Shown here: positions 9,875 to 19,252 of the stretch, piece after piece
Layout: the number at the start of each line of letters is the position of its first letter
How positions within the stretch are numbered: the first letter of the stretch is position 1
Assembly (NCBI GenBank): GCA_964245665.1
Contig: CAXTNK010000001.1
Location: forward strand, 3,544 to 67,543
Source: an uncultured Acidobacteriaceae bacterium
Lineage (GTDB): Bacteria > Acidobacteriota > Terriglobia > Terriglobales > Acidobacteriaceae
Length of the DNA: 64,000 nucleotides
Direction: 5' to 3'
Notes under the pieces: model-generated
What the model saw: only the letters and a program-made list of their open reading frames with translations
What the model was told of the DNA's origin: nothing
The model's database searches: none
Position numbers and translations under genes: made by a program

Positions 9875-10345
9875 ATGAAAATTCTCCGGCTTGTGATGCT
9901 GATGATTGTCATTGCCGCGCCGCCAGGCCAGGCGCAGGCTACTGTCCCAAAGGCTGAGCAGGACTCTCTGAACGAGACAGTGACCGCCCTGGATGCGAAG
10001 CTCTTTACGGCCTATAACGAATGCGACCTGAAGACTCTGGGCAGCATGGTTTCCGACGACCTGGAGTTTTATCATGACCAGACCGGGCTGATGAACGGCA
10101 GGCAGGCCTTTCTGGACGCGACCCGGAAGTATATATGCGGCAAGGTGCAGCGCACGATTGTTCCCGGCACCATGGAGGTCGACGTGCTGCACCACTATGG
10201 TGCGGTGGAGCAGGTCACGCACCGTTTCCATCATCCCGGAGATAGCGGTCCGGGCGGCGAAGCGCGCACCGTAATGCTCTGGCATGAGATAGATGGACAC
10301 TGGCTGCTGACGCGGGTCATCAGCTACGATCATCACTCGCTGTAG
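9875..10345 (+). CDS. secreted NTF2-like / DUF4440 domain protein
   Basis: Signal peptide MKILRLVMLMIVIAAPPGQA. Core LDAKLFTAYNECDLKTLGSMVSDDLEFYHDQTG...WHEIDGHWLLTRVISY. Second member of this fold in the window. Confidence 0.7.
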   Translation: MKILRLVMLMIVIAAPPGQAQATVPKAEQDSLNETVTALDAKLFTAYNECDLKTLGSMVSDDLEFYHDQTGLMNGRQAFLDATRKYICGKVQRTIVPGTMEVDVLHHYGAVEQVTHRFHHPGDSGPGGEARTVMLWHEIDGHWLLTRVISYDHHSL

Positions 10346-10501
10346 AGGATTACTCCATGCCCCTGCGGATGGAGCGGCAGGGCCTTGGACGCGGTCCGTG
10401 CGGACGCCAAACCGCAACAGCACACGACTCTTTCTGAAAACATCTGTAATTGTTCATCGAACTTCCTGAATACTCGCGGCATTCTGTAACATCGCATCAC
10501 C

Positions 10502-11524
10502 ATGACCATTCAGAAGGCGCGGCTCAACGGCAAATACTTCCTGAACCCGGTGCCGACGAGTGTCGGCGACTTCTCCATCATGCTCAAGGTCATCCCCCGT
10601 TACTTTCTTGAGAGCAAGGCAAGGCGCTCGCCGGGCAAGCCAATCGGTCCGTTCCGCACGAATCCCGCTATCTATCAACAGCCTCCGGCTTCGGGTCTGC
10701 GCGTGACATGGTTTGGTCATTCGTCCTCGCTCGTTGAAATTGATGGCGTGCGTGTCCTGATCGATCCGATCTGGGACGAGCGTGCTTCACCCCAGCAATG
10801 GTTTGGCCCGAAGCGATTCTTTCCGCCGACGATTCCCTTGCGCGATCTGCCACCGATCGACGTCGTTCTTATCTCGCATGACCATTTCGACCACCTGGGC
10901 GAGGGCACAACGCGCCAATTGGCAAAGCTGCCGAACCTGGCCAATGCGCGATGGATTACGACTCTCGGTGTCGGTTCGATTCTTGCCAGTTTTGGCGTAC
11001 CGCCCGACAGGTGGACGGAGCTCAACTGGACGGACTGTGTCGAAGTTGCGGGGACCGCCGGCACCGTAAGTTTTACGGCGCTTCCTTCGAGGCACTTTTC
11101 CGGTCGTAGTCTTTTCAATCGCTTCGAGACACTCTGGGCGTCGTTCGCGATTGTCGGTCCGACGCACCGGGTATATTACGGTTCGGATTCCGGCGAGTGG
11201 CCGGGCTTTGCAGAGATTGCTGCCGACCTCGGACCATTCGATCTGACGATGCTCGAGATCGGCGCCTTCGATCCACTGTGGGCAGACATTCACATGGGGC
11301 CTGACGGCGCAGCGCGCAGCTTCAAGGCAATGGGCAGCCAAGGTCTTCTCATGCCAATCCATTGGGGACTTTTCGACCTTGCGCTTCACGCATGGCGTCA
11401 GCCTATCCAGCGGATACTTACTCTCGCCGATGAAGATGCGTCGTTGAAGATCTGGTCTCCTCTGCCAGGCGTGCCGACTGATGTGCAGGCGGATCGTCCG
11501 CTTCGTCAAGACTGGTGGAGCTGA
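10502..11524 (+). CDS. MBL-fold metallo-hydrolase (NAPE-PLD-like)
   Basis: VTWFGHSSSLVEIDGVRVLIDPIW and VLISHDHFDHLG (HxHxDH zinc motif), with the overall NAPE-PLD-like layout. Confidence 0.85.
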   Translation: MTIQKARLNGKYFLNPVPTSVGDFSIMLKVIPRYFLESKARRSPGKPIGPFRTNPAIYQQPPASGLRVTWFGHSSSLVEIDGVRVLIDPIWDERASPQQWFGPKRFFPPTIPLRDLPPIDVVLISHDHFDHLGEGTTRQLAKLPNLANARWITTLGVGSILASFGVPPDRWTELNWTDCVEVAGTAGTVSFTALPSRHFSGRSLFNRFETLWASFAIVGPTHRVYYGSDSGEWPGFAEIAADLGPFDLTMLEIGAFDPLWADIHMGPDGAARSFKAMGSQGLLMPIHWGLFDLALHAWRQPIQRILTLADEDASLKIWSPLPGVPTDVQADRPLRQDWWS

Positions 11525-11686
11525 GTACAAGAGCTGTTATCACTACAGTCGACTCTTGTCATTTCAACTCAACAATATTGTCATCTCGAACCGAGGTGCA
11601 GAGACTGCATGTCCATCGCCCGAACCACGTAGCCGAGCGAATGAGATACCAATGCACCACGAACTATTTATCCTGTAGCTGCCTGC

Positions 11687-12529
11687 ATGCAACACGCCAC
11701 GCCATCCCGAACTGCTTTGCGCGTAGCCATGCGCCGGGCGGCGCACCAACTGTTCGACCGTCCGCTGGTTTTTGAGGACCCCATCGCAGTCCCGATCCTG
11801 GGCGCGCGGTATATGGAAGAAATCAAGCGCACACCGCTTCACCCCGACCGCGCTGCCTCTACATCGCTGCGTGCCGCCATCATCGCGCGCAGCCGGTATG
11901 CCGAAGACAATCTTCGACAGGCGGTGCATACGGGGGTTACGCAGTACGTCCTTTTGGGTGCAGGACTCGATACGCTTGCGTATCGTAATACGTATCCATC
12001 ACTGCATGTATTTGAGGTGGACCATCCCGCTACGCAACGGTGGAAGCGCGAACTGCTCGCAGAAAACAAGATTCCTCGTCCGGCCAGCCTCACGTATGTA
12101 CCAGTCGATTTCGAGCAGCATTCACTGGCTGACCAGTTAAAGGCTTCGGGCTTCGAAACCGGCCGGCCAGCCTTCTTTGCCTGGCTTGGGGTGATTCCGT
12201 ATCTGACGCTGTCTGCATTCCACGGAACCATTGCCTTCATCGCGGATCAGGCCCCCGGCAGCGGCGTTGTATTTGACTATGCCCAGCCACGCGAGGTACT
12301 TCCCACTATGGAACAACGCGAGTTCGATTCGCTCGCAGCGCGCGTGAAACTTGCCGGTGAACCATTCCAGCTTTTTTTTACACCAGCACAGATGGCAGAA
12401 GAACTGTCGGCTTTCGGGGCAATCGAAGACATCGGCGCGGCAGAGATTACGGCTCGCTACTTCACCGGAAGGCCTGATAATCTCCTCATGCGCGGGACTG
12501 CCGGCCGTCTTCTATGCGCGTGGTTATAG
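11687..12529 (+). CDS. class I SAM-dependent methyltransferase (leucine carboxyl methyltransferase-like family)
   Basis: TALRVAMRRAAHQ...DPIAVPIL N-terminal pattern, and VTQYVLLGAGLDTLAYR (SAM-binding GxGxD motif). Confidence 0.8.
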   Translation: MQHATPSRTALRVAMRRAAHQLFDRPLVFEDPIAVPILGARYMEEIKRTPLHPDRAASTSLRAAIIARSRYAEDNLRQAVHTGVTQYVLLGAGLDTLAYRNTYPSLHVFEVDHPATQRWKRELLAENKIPRPASLTYVPVDFEQHSLADQLKASGFETGRPAFFAWLGVIPYLTLSAFHGTIAFIADQAPGSGVVFDYAQPREVLPTMEQREFDSLAARVKLAGEPFQLFFTPAQMAEELSAFGAIEDIGAAEITARYFTGRPDNLLMRGTAGRLLCAWL

Positions 12530-12653
12530 CGGCAGGCTTTGCGTCCTGGTGATTGCCGCCGATACTCCACTGCTGACCGCATAGGTGCCACGTTCATGGG
12601 ATGGTAGCAACGGCTGAATTCCCATACAACTGGAGCAGTCAGGGAGCACTCGC

Positions 12654-13016
12654 ATGGCAAACTCCACCGAAGTCAGTACGGCCTGTCTCGATGTCACGCT
12701 CCAGGTAAACAAGGCCTGGATGAAACGCGCTATACCGGTGCACACTGAGTCCGGCGCGAATACAGCCGAAGATGAAACCATGCTGTTGTGCAGTGACATC
12801 ATCACAGTCGATGACGAACTACGGGCCAAGCCACAATTCGACATCACGAGTTATGTTATGGAACATGGCATCGCACATACTCTCCGCTTCTGTAATAGTC
12901 AAGGTGCCAATATTCGGGCATTCAGGTCGGCAGAGGTTCTGCGCCTGATGCAACCCGGCTTGCCGGTGTCATTCCTGTTTATCTTCGAAGCGATCATGGC
13001 AGCCCGGACCCTCTAA
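12654..13016 (+). CDS. hypothetical protein (orphan, visibly more AT-rich than neighbours)
   Basis: GGGAG SD-like about 8 nt upstream of the ATG. A 10-bp hairpin lies downstream (13058..13081). I recognise no domain, and an antisense ORF of similar size exists. Confidence 0.35.
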   Translation: MANSTEVSTACLDVTLQVNKAWMKRAIPVHTESGANTAEDETMLLCSDIITVDDELRAKPQFDITSYVMEHGIAHTLRFCNSQGANIRAFRSAEVLRLMQPGLPVSFLFIFEAIMAARTL

Positions 13017-13057
13017 CCCGTCTTACCCCGCAACCGCTGTTTCAGCAGGATCAACGA

Positions 13058-13081
13058 ACGGCGTCCAGGCGTGGACGCCGT
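13058..13081 (+). terminator. stem-loop (ACGGCGTCCA-GGCG-TGGACGCCGT) downstream of the orphan ORF
   Basis: Perfect 10-bp stem read directly. There is no clear T-tract, so terminator function is uncertain. Confidence 0.4.
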
Positions 13082-13128
13082 CTGCATTTGCGACCATCCT
13101 GGCCGACTTTCAGGCAATCTATAGCAAT

Positions 13129-14037
13129 ATGCCGGAACTACCCGAAGTGGAAACTGTCGCACGTGGCGTGCATGATCGTATTCATGGTGAACAAATCGCC
13201 GGCACCTGGTTCAGCGAAAAGCCTGAACCGTTCAAGACGCCGCCAGCCGAAATGGCAGAAGTACTGACAGGTCGCCTGATCGAGCGGGTGCGCAGGGTGG
13301 GCAAGCACATCGTCTTCGACCTGAGGGCCGACGATGGCCAGGGGAACGACCATTCTGCTACGAACAATGAGACTGTCCAGTGGATCGTGCATCTCGGCAT
13401 GACCGGCCGGTTGCTGGTTTCGGAGGCGTCGGTTCCAGTCCCGCTCCATACCCACGGCATTCTGCAGCTGGGTTCCGGCCGGGAACTGCGGTTTGTGGAC
13501 GCACGGCGTTTTGGCAGGATGGGCCTGCACCGTTCGCCAGCCGCACTGGTCGAAGATGCTCAAGACATCAGTCGTCCAACCCGCCCGGAGCCGGGTGATG
13601 CGCATGGATTTGCCGGCACGGGACGTGAGCCTTTGACTATCGCAGCCGAAGACTTTCGCGCACTCTTTCGCGGCCGCAGGACGTCGATTAAGGCAGCCCT
13701 TCTGAACCAAAGGCTGCTACACGGAGTCGGGAACATCTACGCGGATGAGTCGCTCTTTCGTGCCGGCATCCGCCCCCGCAGGATGGCTGCCCGCCTTTCC
13801 CGCGCAGAACTTGGCCGGTTGCATGGAAGCCTGGTTGCGGTGCTGAAAGCAGCCATTGCCCTCGGCGGATCCTCAGTCTCCGACTACGTGGACGCAGACG
13901 GCGTGCGGGGGTTTTTCCAGCTGGAGCACCGCGTCTACATGCGGACCGGCGAGCCCTGCCTGGCTTGCGGGACGCCGATCCGAAGGATTGTGGTGGCTGG
14001 CCGGGGTACGCACTACTGCAGCAAATGCCAGCGCTGA
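13129..14037 (+). CDS. mutM: formamidopyrimidine-DNA glycosylase
   Basis: MPELPEVETV N-terminus (catalytic Pro2/Glu3), helix-two-turn-helix region and C-terminal zinc finger CLACGTPI...GRGTHYCSKCQ. Carries extra acidic insertions relative to the E. coli length. Confidence 0.93.
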   Translation: MPELPEVETVARGVHDRIHGEQIAGTWFSEKPEPFKTPPAEMAEVLTGRLIERVRRVGKHIVFDLRADDGQGNDHSATNNETVQWIVHLGMTGRLLVSEASVPVPLHTHGILQLGSGRELRFVDARRFGRMGLHRSPAALVEDAQDISRPTRPEPGDAHGFAGTGREPLTIAAEDFRALFRGRRTSIKAALLNQRLLHGVGNIYADESLFRAGIRPRRMAARLSRAELGRLHGSLVAVLKAAIALGGSSVSDYVDADGVRGFFQLEHRVYMRTGEPCLACGTPIRRIVVAGRGTHYCSKCQR

Positions 14038-14332
14038 CCTCCCGCCAAACCGGCTTCTACGGTTTACAGGAGTAACCTCCCTAAGACCAATCCATAAATC
14101 CGTAGACTCAAGGTTGATGGTATGGCTAAGTTGCTCATTCTTCTCGCCATCGCTTTGGCCCCTGAAATGCAACTAAATAAGTAACCAGAGACGCCCGAGA
14201 ACCTGGCAAACAGGTCCGGCATAGAATCTTCCGGTTTGTGTAGAGCAGATACCTAAGGGTGTCTGCCACCTCCCGGCTTAAACCGCAGAACAAAGCTGCG
14301 GCCTTCAGGAGGCCAGTGACTGGCCATAGTGC

Positions 14333-14358
14333 AAAAGCCACCTTCGCGGGTGGCTTTT
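14333..14358. terminator. bidirectional Rho-independent terminator
   Basis: AAAAGCCACC-TTCGCG-GGTGGCTTTT: 10-bp stem with A-run and T-run flanks. It sits between the convergent mutM side and the M23 peptidase gene. Confidence 0.8.
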
Positions 14359-14436
14359 GTCATTGCGCGGGCTCTCGCTTTCTAAATAAAAAAGCCCCAG
14401 GATCAGGTGAGGCTTTCGACGAATGAGTGGGCTCAG

Positions 14437-15420
14437 CTATTCGCCGCCCGGCCGGCCACCGTTTGCTGTCTGCGCCAGGGCCAGGTCGGTCATCGTCTCT
14501 CGCAGATATTTGTGCGGATTGACCGGTGTCTCGTGGATGAGTACCTCGTAGTGAAGATGGGGTCCGGTGCTGCGGCCCGAAGAACCGACATACCCAATGA
14601 TCTCGCCACGCTTTACGTCTTCGCCTGTCGTGACGGCAAAGCCCGACATGTGGCCATAAATCGTCTGAATGCCATGGCCATGATCAATGCGGACTTCCCG
14701 CCCGTAGCCGTTTGCCATGGCCGCGATAATGACGGTGCCGTCTGCGGTAGCGTGGACCGGTTGCCCCATGGTCGTGGCAATATCGATGCCTTTGTGGAAG
14801 GCGCCTTCGCCGTTGAACGGGTCTTCGCGTTCACCGAAAGAACTGGTCACGATGCCCTGTACTGGCCATAGGCTGGGCGCGGAAGCTACATCAAAGAGCG
14901 AATCGGCGTTGACCAGTCCACCAAAGGAAGAACTGATCGCCCGTGACATATGGCCGGACATTGCTGTATCCCGCAAAGTGTAAAACTGATCCAGCGACTG
15001 GTGATATTGCTGTTGACTGAAGGAGTCTGTCGAATCTGCGGACTCGATAACGGCAGTCGCGGCCTGTCCCTTCGAAGCGATCAGCGCGTTTTTTGTCACC
15101 TTATTCTGGCGCAGGCCATAGAGGGCGGTGATCTGGTTCGCCAGCGAACCAAGCGAAGCCGCCTGGATGTCCTTCTCCTTCGCCACCTGCTCCATATGGA
15201 GGTAATCGTGGCGCAATGCAGCCTGCTGCGAGCGGACTTCATTGAAGCGCGCTGTCTTAAGCAGCATGCGGCTGTACGAACCGGCCATGCCCGTAATGCT
15301 GAAAAGTCCTACGATGGCGGCAGCCACGAACACGTAGGCATAGTGGAGCGGCACCGGGATCTTACGCAGGCGGCCGTCCTTCTCACGTGCAACAAAAATA
15401 ATGTAGTAACGCTGACGCAA
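14437..15420 (-). CDS. M23 family (LytM-type) metallopeptidase with N-terminal TM and coiled-coil
   Basis: FHKGIDI (HxxxD) and GPHLHYEV (HxH) zinc ligands. TM segment VFVAAAIVGLFSITGMAG. Confidence 0.9.
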   Translation of the reverse strand: MRQRYYIIFVAREKDGRLRKIPVPLHYAYVFVAAAIVGLFSITGMAGSYSRMLLKTARFNEVRSQQAALRHDYLHMEQVAKEKDIQAASLGSLANQITALYGLRQNKVTKNALIASKGQAATAVIESADSTDSFSQQQYHQSLDQFYTLRDTAMSGHMSRAISSSFGGLVNADSLFDVASAPSLWPVQGIVTSSFGEREDPFNGEGAFHKGIDIATTMGQPVHATADGTVIIAAMANGYGREVRIDHGHGIQTIYGHMSGFAVTTGEDVKRGEIIGYVGSSGRSTGPHLHYEVLIHETPVNPHKYLRETMTDLALAQTANGGRPGGE

Positions 15421-15930
15421 TGCAGATTCTCAATTCAGGAGCAAAAAGATGGCGGAGAAATGGGTAATCTCCAGAAGTTAGGGATACTTACCGCACTTTA
15501 ACCGCTGTAGGTATTGACGGCCCGACATGCAATGTTGTTTCTACTCTGCATCTCGCAGGCTAACAAACGTAATTCTGCGGGTCAAGCAGGCGAAATTGTA
15601 TAGGCTGGCCAAGTCAAACAAAATAATGAGCTTAGGCCGCCCCTTGTATAGGGCAGGGGTGATGCGTGGCCTGCAGGGAGCTCGAAGTTCAAAGATTCGG
15701 TTGCAACCTCCTCAAACCCCCCACGCAGCCGCCGAGCGATGCGAGCGGATGGTGTGGGCAAGAGTCAGGGTCTGAATCGTGACTCTGTAACGCAGCATCC
15801 GCTCGCTCCATGGCCGGAGCGCTTCCACCTTCTAAAACAACCTCGCGCGCTTTTATGCAGCAAAGCATACGGTGAGCTGTTCATCGTACGACTCAGTTCT
15901 TGTTGAGTGGTTCACAAAGTTCTCGCACTC

Positions 15931-15942
15931 GAGTCATCCGGA
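15931..15942 (+). repeat. 12-nt direct repeat GAGTCATCCGGA, copy 1
   Basis: Exact match to 15997..16008, 66 nt downstream. Confidence 0.6.
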
Positions 15943-15996
15943 ACAAACCATCGCAGGCGGGTGTCTATGTAGCTCAGTAAGTGACAATTCACAACT

Positions 15997-16008
15997 GAGT
16001 CATCCGGA
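15997..16008 (+). repeat. 12-nt direct repeat GAGTCATCCGGA, copy 2 (overlaps the GGAGA SD of the TonB-like gene)
   Basis: Exact match to 15931..15942. Confidence 0.6.
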
Positions 16009-16015
16009 GATAGTT

Positions 16016-16405
16016 ATGTTTCAGGACGCATGAGTGGGATCCAGCGGAAGCTTGAAGACTAAGAAACACTATCTGAATGTTCTCGCGGCGTTGCTCAATG
16101 TTGCTCTCTTAGTTGGATTGGTCCTCTGGCCTCTTCTTCATCTGCTTGCTTTACCGCGACAGACCCTCACGCGCCTGCTCGTTGTGCCTGCGCCTCCAGG
16201 CGCACCTGCTCCGCCTGCGACAGCATCAAGGAAATTTCTGCAGAAGACTGCACCGCTGCTTGCGCAGATGGAAGCTCCTAGCGTGAATCGTCTGCGTCTG
16301 CCTGGACCATTCGACCGGATAAGGAAACCGGATGCGCCCAGGGTGGCATCGCTTTTGTATACGCCCGTGTTTACATGGGTGGCAGCAACAATTATTGTTA
16401 ATTAA
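16016..16405 (+). pseudogene. TonB-like energy transducer remnant: in-frame TGA at codon 6 and no C-terminal TonB domain
   Basis: ATG 16016 with a GGAGA SD gives MFQDA-TGA(16031)-VGSSGSLKTKKHY, a TM segment (LNVLAALLNVALLVGLVLWPLL), ALPRQTL and a Pro-rich stretch (VPAPPGAPAPP). This matches the N-terminal half of acidobacterial TonB proteins as I remember them (MFEDSL.ESGG..KTK...). The ORF ends at 16405 without the ~80-aa C-terminal domain. Confidence 0.6.
16388..16398. promoter_or_regulatory. palindrome ACAAT-T-ATTGT in an AT-rich patch ~150 nt upstream of catalase (candidate peroxide/metal regulator operator)
   Basis: Perfect 5-1-5 palindrome followed by TTAATTAA, read directly. Function is inferred only from its position. 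Confidence 0.2.
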
Positions 16406-16546
16406 CAGCTTTTATTGCGACGGGACCCTATCCGAAGCGGTCCCTGTCTGCCGAAATCAACATCGTGTCCGCTGTTCAGGCTGACGAACCGGCCCGGACC
16501 GCTCTTATCCATTGCCAACCCAGCATGACTCGCGAGGAAATCACTT

Positions 16547-18100
16547 ATGGCTAACGAAAACGGCCACAGCACCAACGGCAATCATCCTACCTCCCCAACG
16601 ATGACCACGAACAGTGGGCGACCGGTCGGCGACAACCAGAATTCGCTTACAGCCGGCGCGCGCGGACCCGTGCTTATGCAGGATTACCTGCTCTTCGAAA
16701 AGATGGCCCAGTTCAACCGGGAGCGCGTCCCGGAACGCGTGGTGCATGCCAAGGGTTCGGGTGCCTATGGAAAATTTACGGTCACGAACGACATCAGCAA
16801 GTACACCACGGCGAAGATTTTCTCGAAGGTTGGAAATACGTGCGAGACCTTTGCACGCTTCTCGACGGTCGGCGGTGAAAAGGGTTCGGCGGACACGGCC
16901 CGTGATCCTCGCGGCTTCTCGGTGAAGTTCTACACCGAAGAGGGCAACTGGGATATGACTGGCAACAATACCCCGGTGTTTTTCATCCGTGATCCTCTGA
17001 AGTTCGGCGACTTCATTCATACACAGAAGCGCTGCCCGCAGACTAATCTGAAGTCGCCGACCATGATGTGGGATTACTGGACGCTGTCTCACGAAGCATT
17101 GCACCAGGTCACCATCCTGTTCAGCGATCGCGGCATACCCGACGGCTATCGCCACATGAATGGCTACTCCAGTCATACCTTTTCGCTCTATAACGCGAAG
17201 AATGAACTGTTCTATGTGAAGTGGCATTTCATCACCAAGCAGGGCATTAAGAATCTGCCGGCTGACGTAGCCGAAAAGCTGGCTGGCTCCGATCCTGATT
17301 ATTCGCAGCGCGATCTTTTCCACTCGATTGAAACGGGCAATTTTCCAAAGTGGCGCGTCGCTATCCAGGTGATGCCAGAAGCGGAAGCGGCCAATTACAA
17401 GGTCAATCCATTCGATCTGACCAAGGTCTGGACGCACAAGGATTATCCCCTTGTCGAAGTCGGCGAACTGGAACTGAATCGCAATCCCGAAAACTATCAC
17501 CAGGATGTCGAGCAGGCGGCTTTCAACCCCGTCAACATTGTGCCGGGCATGGGCTTCTCGCCGGACAAGGTTCTGCAGGCCCGTCTCGTTTCCTATCCTG
17601 ACGCGCATCGCTATCGCATCGGCACCAACTACGAGACGCTGCCGGTGAATGCGCCGAAGTGCCCTGTACAAACCTATAACCGCGACGGCGCCATGCGCTT
17701 TGATGGCAATGGCGGCAGCACGCCCAACTACGAGCCGAACAGTTTTGGCGGCCCAGTTGAAAATCACAGCTACCGGGAGCAGCCGATCGGCCTTTCGGGA
17801 CAGCCGGCCGACCGCTATGACCATCACGCCGGTAACGATGACTTCGCACAGGCTGGTGATCTATTCCGCCTTATGTCGGAGGAGCAGAAACAGATCCTGG
17901 CGACGAATATTGCCGGTGGTCTGGGACAAACGCCCGAGCGCATCCAGAAGGCTGCGATCGAGATGTTTGCCAGGGCTGATCAGGATTACGCTGCGCGTGT
18001 CCAAAAGGCACTGACGAAGCCGGGCGTGGAAAAACCGCAGATGGAGCACGAGCCCGTCGGCGCAACGTCGGCGCCCTCAGAGCGTCGGCCGGAAAAGTAA
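16547..18100 (+). CDS. katA: monofunctional heme catalase (small-subunit type)
   Basis: [18 protein letters not shown] (distal His), [20 protein letters not shown] and [14 protein letters not shown] (proximal Tyr region). 517 aa. Confidence 0.97.
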   Translation: MANENGHSTNGNHPTSPTMTTNSGRPVGDNQNSLTAGARGPVLMQDYLLFEKMAQFNRERVPERVVHAKGSGAYGKFTVTNDISKYTTAKIFSKVGNTCETFARFSTVGGEKGSADTARDPRGFSVKFYTEEGNWDMTGNNTPVFFIRDPLKFGDFIHTQKRCPQTNLKSPTMMWDYWTLSHEALHQVTILFSDRGIPDGYRHMNGYSSHTFSLYNAKNELFYVKWHFITKQGIKNLPADVAEKLAGSDPDYSQRDLFHSIETGNFPKWRVAIQVMPEAEAANYKVNPFDLTKVWTHKDYPLVEVGELELNRNPENYHQDVEQAAFNPVNIVPGMGFSPDKVLQARLVSYPDAHRYRIGTNYETLPVNAPKCPVQTYNRDGAMRFDGNGGSTPNYEPNSFGGPVENHSYREQPIGLSGQPADRYDHHAGNDDFAQAGDLFRLMSEEQKQILATNIAGGLGQTPERIQKAAIEMFARADQDYAARVQKALTKPGVEKPQMEHEPVGATSAPSERRPEK

Positions 18101-18120
18101 CTTTGTTGTTTTAGCAAGGA

Positions 18121-18146
18121 GGGTTGCCGCCAGGCAGCCCTTTTTT
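18121..18146 (+). terminator. Rho-independent terminator after catalase
   Basis: GGGTTGCC-GCCA-GGCAGCCC followed by TTTTTT. Confidence 0.8.
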
Positions 18147-18217
18147 GCGCGTTTCCGAGAATTTGATTGTCGTCGAGTCGCACATACCTGGCGCGTAACA
18201 CGCAGTATCCTCAACGC

Positions 18218-19243
18218 ATGGCAATCAAAACGTCTGATAGCGAGAGAGAACTGCTGCGCGCAATTCGCGCAAGATCAAAGGACGGTAATGGGGTCCGCGT
18301 CGGAATAGGGGATGACTGCGCTGTCCTTCAATCGCGGAGAGGCGAAGAGATTCTCGTTACGACCGACTTTTCGATAGAAGGCCGGCACTTTCATCTGAAC
18401 ACGCATCCGCCGGAGGCGATCGGCCACAAGTGCCTGGCGCGTGGGTTGAGTGATATCGCGTCTATGGGCGGACGGCCGATGGCTGCGTTTATCTCTCTGG
18501 CAGTCCCGCGCCGTCTGACGGAGCTACAGAAGCCGGTGGCCCATGCCTCAAATCTGAGACATGGGATGAACATGAAACCGCAATCGTGGATGGAACGCTT
18601 TTACGATGGCCTGCTGGCCCTGGCCGACAACGAGCATGTGATCCTGGCCGGGGGCGACCTCTCCGAATCGCCGACTGCGGTCGCGGACATCATCGTGATT
18701 GGAGCAGCCCCAAAAGGCCGGGCGATCCTTCGTTCGACCGCACGCGCAGGCGACATACTCTACGTTACTGGCGCAGTCGGCGGCGCGGCAGCAGAGCTTG
18801 CGACCCTGCAATCGCGCACAAGGAAAATGCCGAACAATAGTCCGGAGAATCCACATTTTTATCCGCAGCCGCGCCTGGCTGTGGGACAAGCTTTGCTCCG
18901 GCGCAAGCTTGCGACTGCCTGCATCGATATCAGCGACGGGCTTTCAGTGGATCTCCTGCATCTTTGTGAAGAGTCGGCGCTCAATGCCGAAGTGGATGCT
19001 GCTGCTGTGCCGATCCATCCAAAGGCTACGCTCGAAGATGCCCTGCACGGCGGCGACGATTACGAGCTGCTATTTACGGCGTCACCACGCACGCGCCTGC
19101 CAGGAAAGCTGGGCGGCGTTGCGATTCATCCCATCGGGCGCATGGCTGCCCGTGCGCCCCGGTCGCGTGCCAATCGGATGGTTCTCATGTCATCATCCGG
19201 GCGCAAAACGCCGCTAAAGCCGCAAGGCTGGCAGCATTTCTGA
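18218..19243 (+). CDS. thiL: thiamine-monophosphate kinase
   Basis: GIGDDCAVL, TTDFSIEGRHF, GGDLSESP and DISDGL motifs. Start trimmed to ATG 18218. Confidence 0.9.
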   Translation: MAIKTSDSERELLRAIRARSKDGNGVRVGIGDDCAVLQSRRGEEILVTTDFSIEGRHFHLNTHPPEAIGHKCLARGLSDIASMGGRPMAAFISLAVPRRLTELQKPVAHASNLRHGMNMKPQSWMERFYDGLLALADNEHVILAGGDLSESPTAVADIIVIGAAPKGRAILRSTARAGDILYVTGAVGGAAAELATLQSRTRKMPNNSPENPHFYPQPRLAVGQALLRRKLATACIDISDGLSVDLLHLCEESALNAEVDAAAVPIHPKATLEDALHGGDDYELLFTASPRTRLPGKLGGVAIHPIGRMAARAPRSRANRMVLMSSSGRKTPLKPQGWQHF

Positions 19244-19252
19244 CGGTACCTC

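Noticed and set aside
14038-14360. Possible SRP RNA, 6S RNA, tmRNA or RNase P RNA in the structured spacer (also checked 25875..26143)
   Set aside because: I could not find the conserved cores: the SRP GGAA/AGCA tetraloop-helix motif, the RNase P GAGGAAAGTCC box, or a tmRNA tRNA-like 3' end with tag ORF. I therefore keep it only as an unclassified sRNA candidate.
16031-16033. TGA in the TonB-like gene read as selenocysteine or another recoding event
   Set aside because: The position corresponds to Leu in the family N-terminus as I recall it. No SECIS-like hairpin follows immediately. The gene also lacks its C-terminal domain, so decay is the simpler explanation.
16541-17827. 428-aa ORF on the minus strand
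   Set aside because: It lies exactly antisense to the catalase gene, which has unmistakable motifs. Its translation is Arg/Ile/Val-rich with no domain, typical of a shadow ORF in GC-rich DNA.
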